From assembly GCF_009914755.1 (NCBI RefSeq), contig NC_060926.1: a stretch of 64,000 bases of DNA; one strand, written 5' to 3'. This stretch comes from the human T2T-CHM13v2.0 reference genome, Homo sapiens. This document shows positions 1 through 20,722 of this stretch, in pieces. Numbering within the stretch: the first letter of the stretch is position 1; each line of letters opens with the position of its first letter. The notes under the pieces were generated by a model, which was given only the letters and a program-made list of their open reading frames with translations, was not told the DNA's origin and did not search any database. The position numbers and the translations under genes were made by a program.

Positions 1-59
1 CCTTATATGCTATACATAAACAGTTCTTGGTTTTAATGTGCCTAGCTTTCCTTCCCCCC

Positions 60-460
60 TTCTGGTAACTGCATGCTAATTTTTCTTGAACATACACACC
101 TCCCTCACCCTCAATTTACACAGGTCATTCAAATGGGGCTGACTCAACTGAACAGTTCCAGAGGTGAGCATGTGAACCAGATCTGGCCAATGAGAACACT
201 GCCTCCTTCTAGTACATGGGTTTTCTTGGGGTATTAGGGAGGACAATAATTCCTAGACTTAACCTAGAAATTGGAGAAACAGTACCTTTTCTCTGCTGAA
301 TGGGTAGGATTTTAATCTGGGGATGCTCCACATGGCAAAGCCTGTTTGAGAATGAAGCTAGCACAACAGAAACCAAAACTAAGAGATGAAAGGTGCATGA
401 TCCCTGGTGACAGCAGTTAAGCTCCTGATCCACTCATGGCTAGAGCCAGTACATTCTAAG
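60..460. mobile_element. MaLR LTR fragment (MLT1-like)
   Basis: gagcatgtgaaccagatctggccaatgaga and gagaatgaagctagcaca are typical of old MLT1 LTRs. Confidence 0.5.
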
Positions 461-1691
461 CCTACGCATGTTTAACCAAAATTCCTGTCACTGAAGACTG
501 AAATAGTACTGACTAATATTTTCAAAATGTGTGTTTCTTCCAGTTCTAGAAACCCAACGCTGGCCATAGCAATGGTTTCAGTGGAAGATGCTTTCAGAAA
601 TTTCCACAGTACTAAGTAAGAGAAATCTGCACAGAACAGGGAGGTGGTGATTTTAAAAAAGAAAGTTACGCACAAAAAAAAAATATGTATTTTTTCAAGT
701 CTGTGTCTTGGGATTTCAGAGCCTATGGCTGGACCGTTATTCTTTTACACGTCCAGACTGAGCGAATGAAGTTTCAGAAGAAAACTCTGCAAACATCTTC
801 CATGGTCTCTCGGGTCTCCCAGCCTTAGACTGTGACTATACAACATCTTAGAACCTCATAGACTTGAGAGAAATCGGTATTTGTCAATAACTTCAGATGG
901 ATGTCTCAAGAATGTAAGTAATTAACTGATTATATGTACATAATCATAAATACATATTAACATCTTAGTCTCTTGACTAGGTCCAGCATAGTCATCTGGA
1001 GAAGACAAGGGACTCAGATCTTATTCAAGAAACAAACAAAACATCCTAATCTCAACTTAGAAGAGAAGGAAAGAGACAAGGAACTAAGCTTTATTTGGTT
1101 CTGCATAGTTTACATGTTATTTTATTTAATCTTTAGAACATCCCTATGTGCTAGGTGTCATTATCCCTTCTTAGACAGATGAGAAAACAGGCTCCAAAAG
1201 TAAACACCTGAGCTCAAAAGGTTTCAAATGAGGATTCAAACCCAGGTTAGACTACAAATCCCATGTAGGCTCCAGGTACACTCTGCTGCCCTCTGGATGA
1301 AAAGGAGTTTCATCCAGCTCAAGATGTTCTAGGAACTCTATAGACAGGAGGACATTAAATTGAAAGAATCGGCCAGGCGTAGTGGCTCACGCCTGTAATC
1401 CCAGTACTTTGGGAGGCCATTTACCCCCATACTTAATTACCAATGCTTCAGGCACACTGGCCTTTCTGTTTGTTGAACACATCAAACCCTTTTCTATATC
1501 TAAGCTTTGTACGTGTGAGCCCTTTGGAATTCCCTCCACCACTTCACCCTCATTCCCTTTTAGTTCTCAGCTCTTAATATTGCCTCCTAAGGGCCCTTCA
1601 CTGACCACTCTCTTGAAAAATGATTTAAAAAATGATGGCCCTTCTCATTATTCTGTTTACTTCCTTGGACGTGTCACAATCTGTAGTAAGC

Positions 1692-4650
<2,959 letters not shown>

Positions 4651-5922
4651 TGCCCTATATTCTTATATTTTTACAAATATTTTTATTTCTCTGGGATAAA
4701 TAATCCAAAAGAAAATACCATTGTTTGTTCAAATGATATTTTCTTTTTATTTTAAACCATTGCCAGCTTGCTTTTCAGAGTCTTTGTTTCCACAAATACT
4801 GTATCACCCTTTAATACTTGATAATCTTATTGTTACTCTAATATTGTGGTATACCTTCCACACTTTTGGAAACACAGCCCTAATGTATATTTCAACAAAG
4901 AGTAAGGGTCTCCTGCTAAAAGCCCTGCTTTATTCCCTTCTCAGCTCCAGGCTACTGTCAAAAATAAGTAAATAAAATACATAAACTATTTGAATAAAAG
5001 AACATATCTTTCTATTAAAAATAAATGTTCTTGTAAAAACCCTAAGGAGGAATCGCCCTTTGCTTTACATTAACAGTATCTTCTCCTCTTTATTCTCTAA
5101 CCTAAAATAAGACAGGAAAAAAGCACATTTTCATAATTTTGTATGGGATACGATCTTCATTGTTACATTGGTGATAATGAAAAAAGAACAAAATTAAAAT
5201 AATATTTGAGGTCTACATTTCAGTAAATTTTTGATCTGGCAAATATAGTTGCAGTCTTAACATATATTGCCTTTACTATACAACACACCAGCAAACAAAA
5301 GAAGCCTATTAACTAAAAAGAGAGAGAGATTAAAAAATAATTCATTTAAATGTTTTTGATAAATCTACTTTGCCACAAGGGACAGACAAAATTAACTCTT
5401 CATTTAGAAATTTGTCAGACTTATGTTCCTGCTGTCCCACCTCACCTTCTTCTTCACTGCTTCTATTGTCTCCTTTTGCTACTGTACACTGCTGATGTAG
5501 CTAAATTGAATCAATGACAGTGTGTGGGTGAGAGAGGTTAAAAGAAAAAAGGGATAAATCAAGAAATGACAGTTGTAAGGGTGGTAATGGTAAAATCTTA
5601 GCTTAAACCAGTTGTAAAATTACAGCACAGCCTAACACATAAGAATTCATTTGTTGTACTCCAATTTCATGAACTTGGCAGAGTGGAGGTGGGCAGAAAA
5701 AGGCAGAATCTTAGTGCATACTGTTGTTGTTGATGTTTTTTAACTAATAGAAACATAGCTCATCAAAACTTGAGAAGCAATGAACACCACAGGAAAAATG
5801 AACCTATTTCCCTATATTCAAAATAATAATGCTTTACTCTTATAAAGCCCTTCTTATGAACTCCCACACCAATTCTCATACAATTTCACTAAACATAGAT
5901 ACATAAATAAGTCAGTTGCCAC

Positions 5923-5956
<34 letters not shown>

Positions 5957-6106
5957 GGAGACAAAGTCTTGTTCTGTCACCCATGCTGGAGTGCAGTGGT
6001 ATAATGATAACTCATTGTAACCTCGAACTTCTGGGCTCAAGTGATCCTCCCATCTCAGCTTCCAGAGCAGCTAGGACCACAGGCATGTACCACCGCACCC
6101 AGCTAA

Positions 6107-6612
<506 letters not shown>

Positions 6613-7597
6613 TGACCCATGGCTCAAAAGTTTAACAAAATATTCTTATTTGAAAGTAGGAATTTTTATTGACTATTTGTGAACTTAAACAGTTAATGCC
6701 ACAGATCTACATTTTACAAAGAGTTTTCAACTGTACTCTAAAATTTAAAATTACATCTCTTTATAGTCTTTAAGTAGCTCAGATAATTCTAAACTCAAGT
6801 GACCCCAAAATCCTCCCCAAACTAAATCATACTAATAACAGAATAATCTACATTTTAACCTTTAATTATATCCTTCTTGTGAAACTCCTACTTTAAACTT
6901 TCATGGGACCATTCTCCCTATTTCCCCTCCTCCTCCTTCCTACTTCAATTGGAGATATCACTTATAAATCAGCCCCTGATCCTCTGCCTTGCTTTATATA
7001 CAAGGAATTCATCTACCACCTGCACAAATTTGTATCTGTCCAAATCCAACTTTAACTTAGTGAGATACATTTGTTTAGCAACCAAACTAACCCCATCCCC
7101 CCAAAAAATATTATCCAAATAGATGCCTTATCAATTAACACCTATCCTAAAACTGACAGGTTCACTTCTACTTCTTCCCTTACTTCCATATTTAATACCA
7201 AATTCGATAGATTCTTCCCTTACATCGCTGGTATTGTCCTTGCTTTTCATTTCCCCAGCCATCAACCACTCTAGGTCATTAATTCTCAAAAGTATTACTT
7301 CAGTAGCCTCTCAGCTTATCACCTAAGCTACTTCCAATCTCTTCATACTTTATCCAACATACACAAAAAGCTGCCAGAATTCACCACTTCAATTTGCCTA
7401 CTCAGAAACCCACAGTGGCTCCCTACTGTTTCAAATCCAAATTCCTTGGCTAACTATTCTAGACAGTTACAGTGTAAAGAAACTTTTTAAATTTCATCAC
7501 CTAAGTAACCAGATTTTTTTTTAACTTCTTAACACTCTGCCATTATCCCCTGATATACCTCTGTCTTTCAAAAGTCACCCCATTTCAATATCCTACC

Positions 7598-7815
7598 AGT
7601 AGTATTATGTAAGGGTTAAGGGTATGGGCTCTGGAATTTGATTTGAATCTGGCTCTACCACATAGTCTGACATTAATTTAACCTCATCTATGTAACAAGG
7701 ATATTAAACCTGCTTCATAAAGTTGTTATGAAAACTAACATTAATATCCTTAAAGCACTAGGCCAATCTCAAGCACACTCTAAATGATCAATAAATGTTA
7801 GCCATTGTCAATATT
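7598..7815 (+). mobile_element. MIR element
   Basis: MIR core: ggttaag..atgggctctgga..ttgaatctggctctacca..taacctc..aataaatgttag. Further MIR pieces at ~1080-1290, ~9270-9470, ~9880-10010, ~24770-24940 and ~36780-36960. Confidence 0.65.
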
Positions 7816-8312
7816 ATTACACAGCCACTATGATGTAAGAAGCCAATCTGATTGCTCTACCACAGGCTATGCATTTGCCTTCACTATTCTTGATTCCCTC
7901 AACCACAAACCATGAGAGATGGCATGGGCCTGAGAGAGCAGCTAGTCCAATCACATGTCCATCAGCATTTAGGTCTTGGCTCTGTTGTCTCTCTTGATAT
8001 TCGACTTGGTGTCTGCTACTGAACAGTATTGTATTGAATAAAAGTGCATGGTACACAGCAAATAATCCTTTGTAAATATTTGTTGGGTAAATATGTTAAG
8101 TGCTAAAGAAATACACGGTTAGCATGTATTTTTGTCTTCTATTATAGCTAAAATATTAATCAACTATATGCATCTATAAAACTGTTTCATAAAACTGTTT
8201 CTAAACAGTACTGCAAAGCTTCAAATAACTATAGTTTGAAGTATTCAAGCCAGGAATAAAAATCTTTTACTTGGTAACTATCCTCAAATTGATCCAACTA
8301 GCAATACTGTAT

Positions 8313-8347
8313 CGTGTGTGTCTGTGTGTGTGTGTGTGTGTGTGTGT
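8313..8347. repeat. (TG)n microsatellite
   Basis: TG run adjoining an Alu tail. A similar (TG)n lies at ~13045-13076. Confidence 0.9.
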
Positions 8348-8493
8348 AACAAGGTCTTGCTCTGTTGCCAGGCTGGAGTGCAGTGGTATGATCTTGGCTT
8401 ACTGCAACCTCTGCCTCCTAGGATCAAGCAATCCTCCTACCTCAGCCACCTGAGTAGCTGGGACCACAGATGGATGCCACCAGGTGTGGCTAA

Positions 8494-8652
<159 letters not shown>

Positions 8653-10056
8653 TAGGCCTTTCTGAAGGTGAGTATTTACATTCTATCACTCTCTTATCTA
8701 TCAATAATGCTTGTGTCAATGTTTCATACTTAGTGCTAAATAAGCAGTTATGAATTCCACAAATTTTCAACATAAAAATAAAGGCATCATCAAAATAATG
8801 TGTAAAAAGATAATGACGATATGCAAAACAGTAAATGAAAAGCTAAGATTTAAAAGTTGTCAAAGAATCGGCCAGGCATGGTGGCTCACGCCTGTAATCC
8901 CAGCACTTTGGGAGGCTGAGGCACACAGATCACGAGGTCAGGAGATCAAGACCATCCTGGCTAACATGGTGAAACCCTGTCTCTACTAAAAATACAAAAA
9001 ATTAGCCGGGTGTGGTGGCACATGCCTGTAATCCCAGCTACTCGGAGGCAAGAGAATTGCTTGAACCCCGGAGGCAGAAGTTGCAGTGAGCCAAGATCAC
9101 GCCAGTGCATTCCAGCCTGGGCGACAGAGCGAGACTCCATCTCAAAAAAAAAAAAAAGTTGTCAAAGAGCTAGGGACAGTCCTCGCCATTCTCCTCATAC
9201 CTCCAACCCACCTCTACCCCCACTCAAAAACAAAAAACAAATCCATACAGAATCACAGTATATTTTTTTCCCATAGAATTTTTAAAGCTAGAAAGACCTC
9301 AATTCCCATTCCTTTATGTCCCACTGAGTCCCACATGAGAAGCTGAAACTCAGGAAGGCCAGATGATTAGCCTAAGGGTACAAGAACCAGATAAATGCAG
9401 GGCTGGGAATTAACTCCGTATTCCTAGGCAGTACTCAGATACCTAGGCAGTATTCTTTTCACTACATCATGCAGCATTTCAACTCATTTCTTCCGCGTCT
9501 ACTTAGTCTAGAACATAAAATTAACTATATCACATGAACTCTTCACAAAACAATTGACTATAATCACATGGTATGGTGAATACCGATATATTTTTGGCTA
9601 TTTTCAAGAATGCCTGCAAGGAATAAAGGTTTCAAGTCATAAATGGACCATTTCTGTTATTATAATTACTTCTGTTCTGGAAAAAAATACTTCCCTTATC
9701 AGATATTATGACCTTTAAGATTCCCATTTTCACAAATTATTTTTCATAAACTACACATATGTATGCTCAACTACGCAGCGTCTTACCCAACAATAGCTTA
9801 AGCAAACCACATATCTCAAATAAAAATGTCATCTATTCCAGGCTCATCAGCATATGTTAGAATCTGTTCCTAAAATAGACTCATAGACTTTTGGAATGGG
9901 AAGGAACCTTGGAGATCACCTCTCATTTCACAGAGGAAAATAATACACAGCAGGGACCTGCCCAAGGTCAAAGTGTCTTCATAAGAACCCAGGTCCAGAA
10001 TAGAAAGTTCTCAAAAGATTTCAGGGAGAAATGCAATATTTGGTGAAACACCTTAG

Positions 10057-10251
<195 letters not shown>

Positions 10252-11052
10252 TAGTAGAGACGGGGTTTCACCGTGTTAGCCAGGATGGTCTCGATCTCCT
10301 GACCTCATGGTCCACCCGCCTCGGCCTCCCAAAATACTGGAATTACAGGCGTGAGCCACCGCGCCCGGCCTACATCTACTTCTTAAGTACAATTTCCTGC
10401 ATAGGAAACTTTTGAAATTTAAGAAAAGAAAGCAAAACAAAAAACTAAGCCAACCTTTTTTTTTTCTTTTTTCTTTTCTTTTTAAGTCTACAGCCAAGTC
10501 ACTGATTCTAAAAGCTTAGAAGTTAAGGTAGACCATTGCAAGAATCTTAAGAGGTAACATTTTGGGGTAAAATCCCCAAAGGCTTAAGGATACAATGTAA
10601 GTAAGACACACAAATTAAGAATAGCTATAATATTCTTATCTCTGTAACAAATTACATGGAGGATAGCTCATAAGTAGGAAAACTTTGTAAACATGCAACT
10701 TTCAAGGAAGAGAATTTTAGTCATCATACCTATTAACTATACAAGAATGCCAATACATTTTGAAATTTTATCTTGGTCTCTGTGCTTAAGCTGGAAATTT
10801 TTTTTCAAAATATATATCTTAAGTCATGTAAAAAAAAAAAGCAGTAACTTGAGGAAAACCTTTTATCGACCCTTAATTAAAAGAAGGCCTTAAATCAAAC
10901 CTTATTAAGAGAAGTATAAGCTATATTGTCCGGTCATGTTTGAAAGAATACATGAAAACTGAACATTCCTCAAAGTTAAGGCATGAATAGGACTAAGGAC
11001 ATGTACGTTTTTTGTTTTTGCAATGAAAGGCACACTATGCAAGCCAATTTAC

Positions 11053-11106
11053 CTGTAGAAATATGTTTCTTAACTCATGAGGATCCCCTCGCTTAGTTGT
11101 CTGCAC
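11053..11106 (-). CDS. SLC25A12: SLC25A12 coding exon 2 ([18 protein letters not shown])
   Basis: 54-nt exon with acceptor ttttttgcttacag|GTG and donor CAG|gtaaat. The translation matches the Aralar1 N-terminus. Positions 1-11052 are intron 2; exon 3 is not seen in the window. Confidence 0.96.
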
Positions 11107-11849
11107 CTGTAAGCAAAAAAGAAAAAAAAGCCAGTTAATGCTTCACTAGAGACCACACAATCTCTTCAGATTAGAGGTCACATGGCTAACAATCAATGCT
11201 CCTATCTTTTATCATTTAGTTTAAAACAAACTAAAAGCCCTAATTGCTGATAAGAACTGTCAAACTGGATAACTGTGACTAGAGGGCAGAAAAACAGGTG
11301 CGAATAGCCTAAGATACAGCAAAGCTATCGGACAGTGCTTCCTCTGGACTGGAAAGGGAAGGCAATGAGGATCTTTTACTTTATTCCACATCTACTAGCA
11401 ACACAGTAGTAACCACCCACCTTCAAATCAAGAAGCTAACAAGAGTAGATCAACAGGAAAGTTAAATCACCCAAATTAATCACTTGGCCTAGCAGCCTTT
11501 CTCCATAAAAAGCAAACCCAACATGTAATTATCTCCGCGTCCCTCTCCCCATCCAACCTAAAATATGAGAGCTGCCACAAATACAAATACTTTCGATACC
11601 CTGCAATCTGCAACGCAAAAGCCAACCACTGCCCTCGGCCTTATTGAGGCCCCAAATTACTCAATACTTACTCCCTCCCCCACCGCAATTCACTGATACC
11701 CTAGGTATCCCCAGCTTTACTTGCCACTTCCTCCCACACCCTTTCTGATGCCCTCCAACTCCGGACTCACAATCCCATGCACCTAGGACAGGACATTACT
11801 CTTCCTTCACTGACCCGTGTTACCGTACAAGCCCCTTCAACTCACAATC

Positions 11850-12430
11850 CCTCCTCCTTCCCCTCCCCCAGCCGGGCATCCCCTCCTCCGGTCCAAGCCC
11901 CGCACAGCTCTCCCCGCAGCAAGCCGGAGCCCCAGGACAAGCTATCTAAGACCTAGACAATGAATAAAATGGGAAGCAGTGGGGGGCTGCAGGCAGGGCG
12001 CTCGGAATGTCTCTTATGCAATAAAAGCAGCAGCAGAGAGTTGGAGTCACCTTGACCGCCATGCTGTGCTCGGAAGCCGGGGACGAGCGAGTGAGCGAGC
12101 AGGGCCGAGCTGTCAGGGCGCGCGCGCGCCGTCTTCCCGGCCGCGCCCGCCCTCCCTCTCGCCGGCGCCGCGCGCGTCCCTATGCAAATGAACTCGGGGC
12201 GCGCCGCGTGCGGAAAGGGGCCCGGCGTCCCGGCCAGAAAGGCAGCTGGTCCAGGGCCGGCCGGCCGGGCGGAGGAGGGGGACGCGCCTCCCACGGGGAA
12301 AACAAGCGCGACCCATGGGATCCCGACGCGCCGCGTGGTTGCCACAGCTAGGTCGCCGCCAGGAAAGCCCCAGGTTTCCTAAGGCCTCTTAGTGGGTGTG
12401 GCTTTGGGCACCGACCAGCCAAAGTCGTTT
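11850..12430 (-). promoter_or_regulatory. CpG island / promoter of SLC25A12
   Basis: Very GC- and CpG-rich segment spanning exon 1, with GC boxes, a (GC)n run at ~12117-12130 and a perfect octamer ATGCAAAT at 12182-12189. Confidence 0.9.
12051..12062 (-). CDS. SLC25A12: SLC25A12 coding exon 1 (MAVK)
   Basis: Minus strand reads agcacagc ATG GCG GTC AAG|gtgact inside a CpG island. It joins exon 2 in phase 0 to give [22 protein letters not shown], the N-terminus of Aralar1. Confidence 0.96.
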
Positions 12431-12982
12431 TCCCCGAGGCTTAAAGGAACATTTGGGGCCTATACTGAGCAAGGTTCCGACGGATCAAAGAGCACTTCCC
12501 ATTAATAACAATGAATTAATGACAACTGATGGCAAATACCGACAAAACAAGATTGGGAACCACTCACTCTAGGGAAAACCTACGTAAACATAATTTGAGA
12601 AATATGCTCCTAAATTGGCATGGGACGAATACGCTGAATTTATTTTTGCTTTGCGTGCTATTACAACGGTTTATTAGTAGACTCGCTCCACTTTCCTAAT
12701 CACCCAAATCCTGTGTGCAATGAGAAAAAAAACTCTATGTGTCTTTGACAGGGCTGGCAATGAATCGCTTGCCCATACATGAACAGAAAGTAATTCTCCA
12801 TTCGATTTCTAGCCCTACCTAAGAAGTAGAAGAAGCAGTAACTCTATCTTGAACCAAAACAATGTTTCTAAACCCGTCTTGCCAATATCACTGTATTAGG
12901 CTACATATTGATTCAAACATGTATGGGCATCCATTATATGCCTGACATGGTCCTGCTTGTAAAAAACGCAAATAACCTATAG

Positions 12983-16803
<3,821 letters not shown>

Positions 16804-16830
<27 letters not shown>

Positions 16831-16910
16831 ACATATATATATATAAAAAACATATATATATAACATATATATAAAACATATATATATACACATATATGTA
16901 TATATATAGA
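16804..16910. repeat. (TA)n-rich microsatellite
   Basis: Interrupted TA repeats. Confidence 0.9.
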
Positions 16911-17004
16911 ATAGATAGATCTATCTTTGTAACTTGGAGGTAGGTAAAGTTTTCTTAATCAAAACCTAAAAAGCAATAACAATACATTAAGAAATTGATA
17001 AATT

Positions 17005-18794
17005 CCTCTGCCTCTGCCTCTGCCTCTGCCTCTGCCTCTCCCTCTGCCTCTCCCTCTTCCTCTCCCCACAGTCTCCCTCTCCCTCTCTTTCCACGGTCTC
17101 CCTCTGATGCCGAGCCAAAGCTGGACTGTACTGCTGCCATCTCGGCTCACTGCAACCTCCCTGCCTGATTCTCCTGCCTCAGCCTGCCGAGTGCCTGCGA
17201 TTGCAGGTGCGCGCCGCCACGCCTGACTGGTTTTCGTATTTTTTTGGTGGAGACGGGGTTTAGCTGTGTTGGCCGGGCTGGTCTCCAGTTCCTAGCCGCG
17301 AGTGATCCGCCGGCCTCGGCCTCCCCAGGTGCCGGGATTGCAGACGGAGTCTCGTTCACTCAGTGCTCAATGGTGCCCAGGCTGGAGTGCAGTGGCGTGA
17401 TCTTGGCTGGCTACAACCTCCACCTCCCAGCCGCCTGCCTTGGCCTCCCAGAGTGCCGAGATTGCAGCCTCTGCCCGGCCGCCACCCCGTCTGGGAGGTG
17501 GAGAGCGTCTCTGCCTGGCCGCCCATCGTCTGGGATGTGGGGAGCCCCTCTGCCTAGCTGCCCAGTCTGGAGGGTGAGGGGCGTCTCTGCCCGGCCGCCA
17601 TCCCGTCCGGGAGGTGGGGAACGCCTCTTCCCGGCCGCCGTCCCATCTGGGAGGTGGAGAGCGTCTCTGCCCGGCTGCCCGTCGTCTGAGATGTGGGGAG
17701 CGCCTCTGCCCCGCCACCCCCTCTGGGATGTGAGGAGCGCCTCTGCCCGGCCGCGACCCCGTCTGGGAGGTGAGGAGCGTCTCTGCCCGGCTGCCCCGTC
17801 TGAGAAGTGAGGAGACCCTCTGCCTGGCAACCGCCCTGTCTGAGAAGTGAGGAGCCCCTCCACCCGGTAGCCGCCCCGTCTGGGAAGTGAGGAGCGTCTC
17901 CGCCCGGCCGCCACCCCGTCCGGGAGGGAGGTGGGGGGTCAGCCCCCTGCCCGGCCAGCCGCCCCGTCCGGGAGGGAGGTGGGGGGGGTCAGCGCCCCGC
18001 CCGGCCAGCCGACCCGTCCGGGAGGGAGGTGGGGGGTCAGCCCCCCGCCCGGCCAGCCGCCCCGTCCGGGAGGTGAGGGGCGCCTCTTCCCGGCCGCCCC
18101 TACTGGGAAGTGAGGAGCCCCTCTGCCCGGCCAGCCGCCCCGTCCGGGAGGGAGGTGGGGGGGGTCAGCCCCCTGCCCGGCCAGCCGCCCCGTCCGGGAG
18201 GTGAGGGGCGCCTCTGCCCGGCCGCCCCTACTGGGAAGTGAGGAGCCCCTCTGCCCGGCCACCACCCCGTCTGGGAGGTGTACCCAACAGCTCATTGAGA
18301 ACGGGCCATGATGACAATGGCGGTTTTGTGGAATAGAAAGGGGGGAAAGGTGGGGAAAAGATTGAGAAATTGGATGGTTGCCGTGTCTGTGTAGAAAGAG
18401 GTAGACATGGGAGACTTTTCATTTTGTTCTGTACTAAGAAAAATTCTTCTGCCTTGGGATCCTGTTGATCTGTGACCTTACCCCCAACCCTGTGCTCTCT
18501 GAAACATGTGCTGTGTCCACTCAGGGTTAAATGGATTAAGGGCGGTGCAAGATGTGCTTTGTTAAACAGATGCTTGAAGGCAGCAGGCTCGTTAAGAGTC
18601 ATCACCACTCCCTCATCTCAAGTACCCAGGGACACAAACACTGCGGAAGGCCGCAGGGTCCTCTGCCCAGGAAAACCAGAGACCTTTGTTCACTTGTTTA
18701 TCTGCTGACCTTCCCTCCACTATTGTCCTATGACCCTGCCAAATCCCCCTCTGCGAGAAACACCCAAGAATGCTCAATAAAAAAAAAAAAGAAA
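17005..18794 (+). mobile_element. Full-length SVA retrotransposon (probably SVA_D-like)
   Basis: Hexamer head 17005-17064, antisense Alu-like region, GC-rich VNTR ~17460-18280, SINE-R ~18285-18775, AATAAA and polyA. The 16-bp TSD AAGAAATTGATAAATT lies at 16989-17004 and 18795-18810, at a TT|AAGA endonuclease site. Confidence 0.96.
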
Positions 18795-20181
18795 AAGAAA
18801 TTGATAAATTAGATTTCACTAAAGATAAAAATGTCTTTTCCTCAAAATATAGCATTAAGAAAATGAATAGGCAAGGTATTAACTGGGAGAGAATATTAGC
18901 AAAACATATACACAACAAAGGACTAATATCCAGGATATATCCTAAATCTCAATGACATCAATGATAAACAACCTAGTCCTAAAAATTGGCAAAAGACTGG
19001 AACAGAACTTCACAAAATAAGGTATACAAATGGTCAATAACACATGAAAAAGTGTACAACATCATTAGTCATCAGGGAAATGCAAATTAAATCACAGTGA
19101 GAAGGTACCACTACACATCTACTAGAATAGCTAAAATTAAGGACTGAAAACACCAGATGCTGGCAAGGATATGGAGCAACCAGAGTTCTTATTCACTACA
19201 GTAGGCGTGTAAACTGGTATAATTACTTTGAGAAAAAGTCTAGCAGGTTCTTGTAAAACTAAACATACACCTACCTATGACCAAGCAATTCTATCTCCCA
19301 ATATTTAACCAAGAGAAATGAAAATATATGTCTATTAAAAGAGCTGTACAAGAATGTTCACAGCCACTTTATTCATAATAGCCCAAAACTGGAAATAAGC
19401 CCAAAACTGGAAATAACCCAGGTGTCCATCAATAGAAGAATAGATAAACTATGGTATATTTGGAGAATGGAATACTATTGAGAAATAAAATAGAGTAAAC
19501 TAATGATACACACAACGTGGACAAGTGTCAAAAGCATGATGCTAAGTGAAAGAAGCCTTGCATAAATCATATAGTACAAAAGAGCATATATCATATGATT
19601 CCGTTTATACAAAGTTCTAGAACCAGCAAAATAAATCACTGGTGAAAAAAAATTTGAGCCATGATTGCCAGAGAGGACTTGACCAGAAAGAGGAGTAAGG
19701 GAACTATGTGAAGTGATAATAGTAGTATATGCCTTGCCTAGGGGCTTAGATAACAGGTGTATGCATTTTTCAGAACTTAGTGAATGTAAACATAAGTTTT
19801 GTACACTTAATTACAAATGTGTGTAAATTTCCTTCAAAAGGAAGAACAACCTGAGCAAATATTGAACTCTAGCCAATGATATATTTAGGGGAGAGAATAC
19901 TAGTATTTTAAATTTACTTTGAAATGCATTAAAGAAATAAGAAAGATTTACAGATGGATAGAGAAATGGATGAATAGGTATGTAATTTCTAACTGTGGGA
20001 GTGTATACAGGAGTTCACTGAAAAAAATTATTGTTGCAACTTTTCTAAATATTCTAAAATTTTCATAATAAAAGGTCAGGGAAAATTTGTGTTGGTCTTT
20101 GTGTTTCTAAAAATGGCTATCCATGTATGTAATTCTGTTGTTTGGTCAGAAATTGTACTGGGACTTATTTCCTAACCACTA

Positions 20182-20722
<541 letters not shown>

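Noticed and set aside
11953-12382. Overlapping ORFs of 66-130 aa at the SLC25A12 promoter
   Set aside because: Stop-poor CpG island artefacts. Only MAVK is supported by splice signals and protein identity.
17244-18812. Long GC-rich ORFs and tandem repeats resembling a gene or a CRISPR-like array
   Set aside because: They lie in the SVA Alu-like, VNTR and SINE-R regions. The repeats have no unique spacers and there are no cas genes.
19381-19416. 18-bp tandem duplication (also a 20-bp one at 46011-46050)
   Set aside because: Ordinary slippage duplications within or next to old repeats, with no functional signal.
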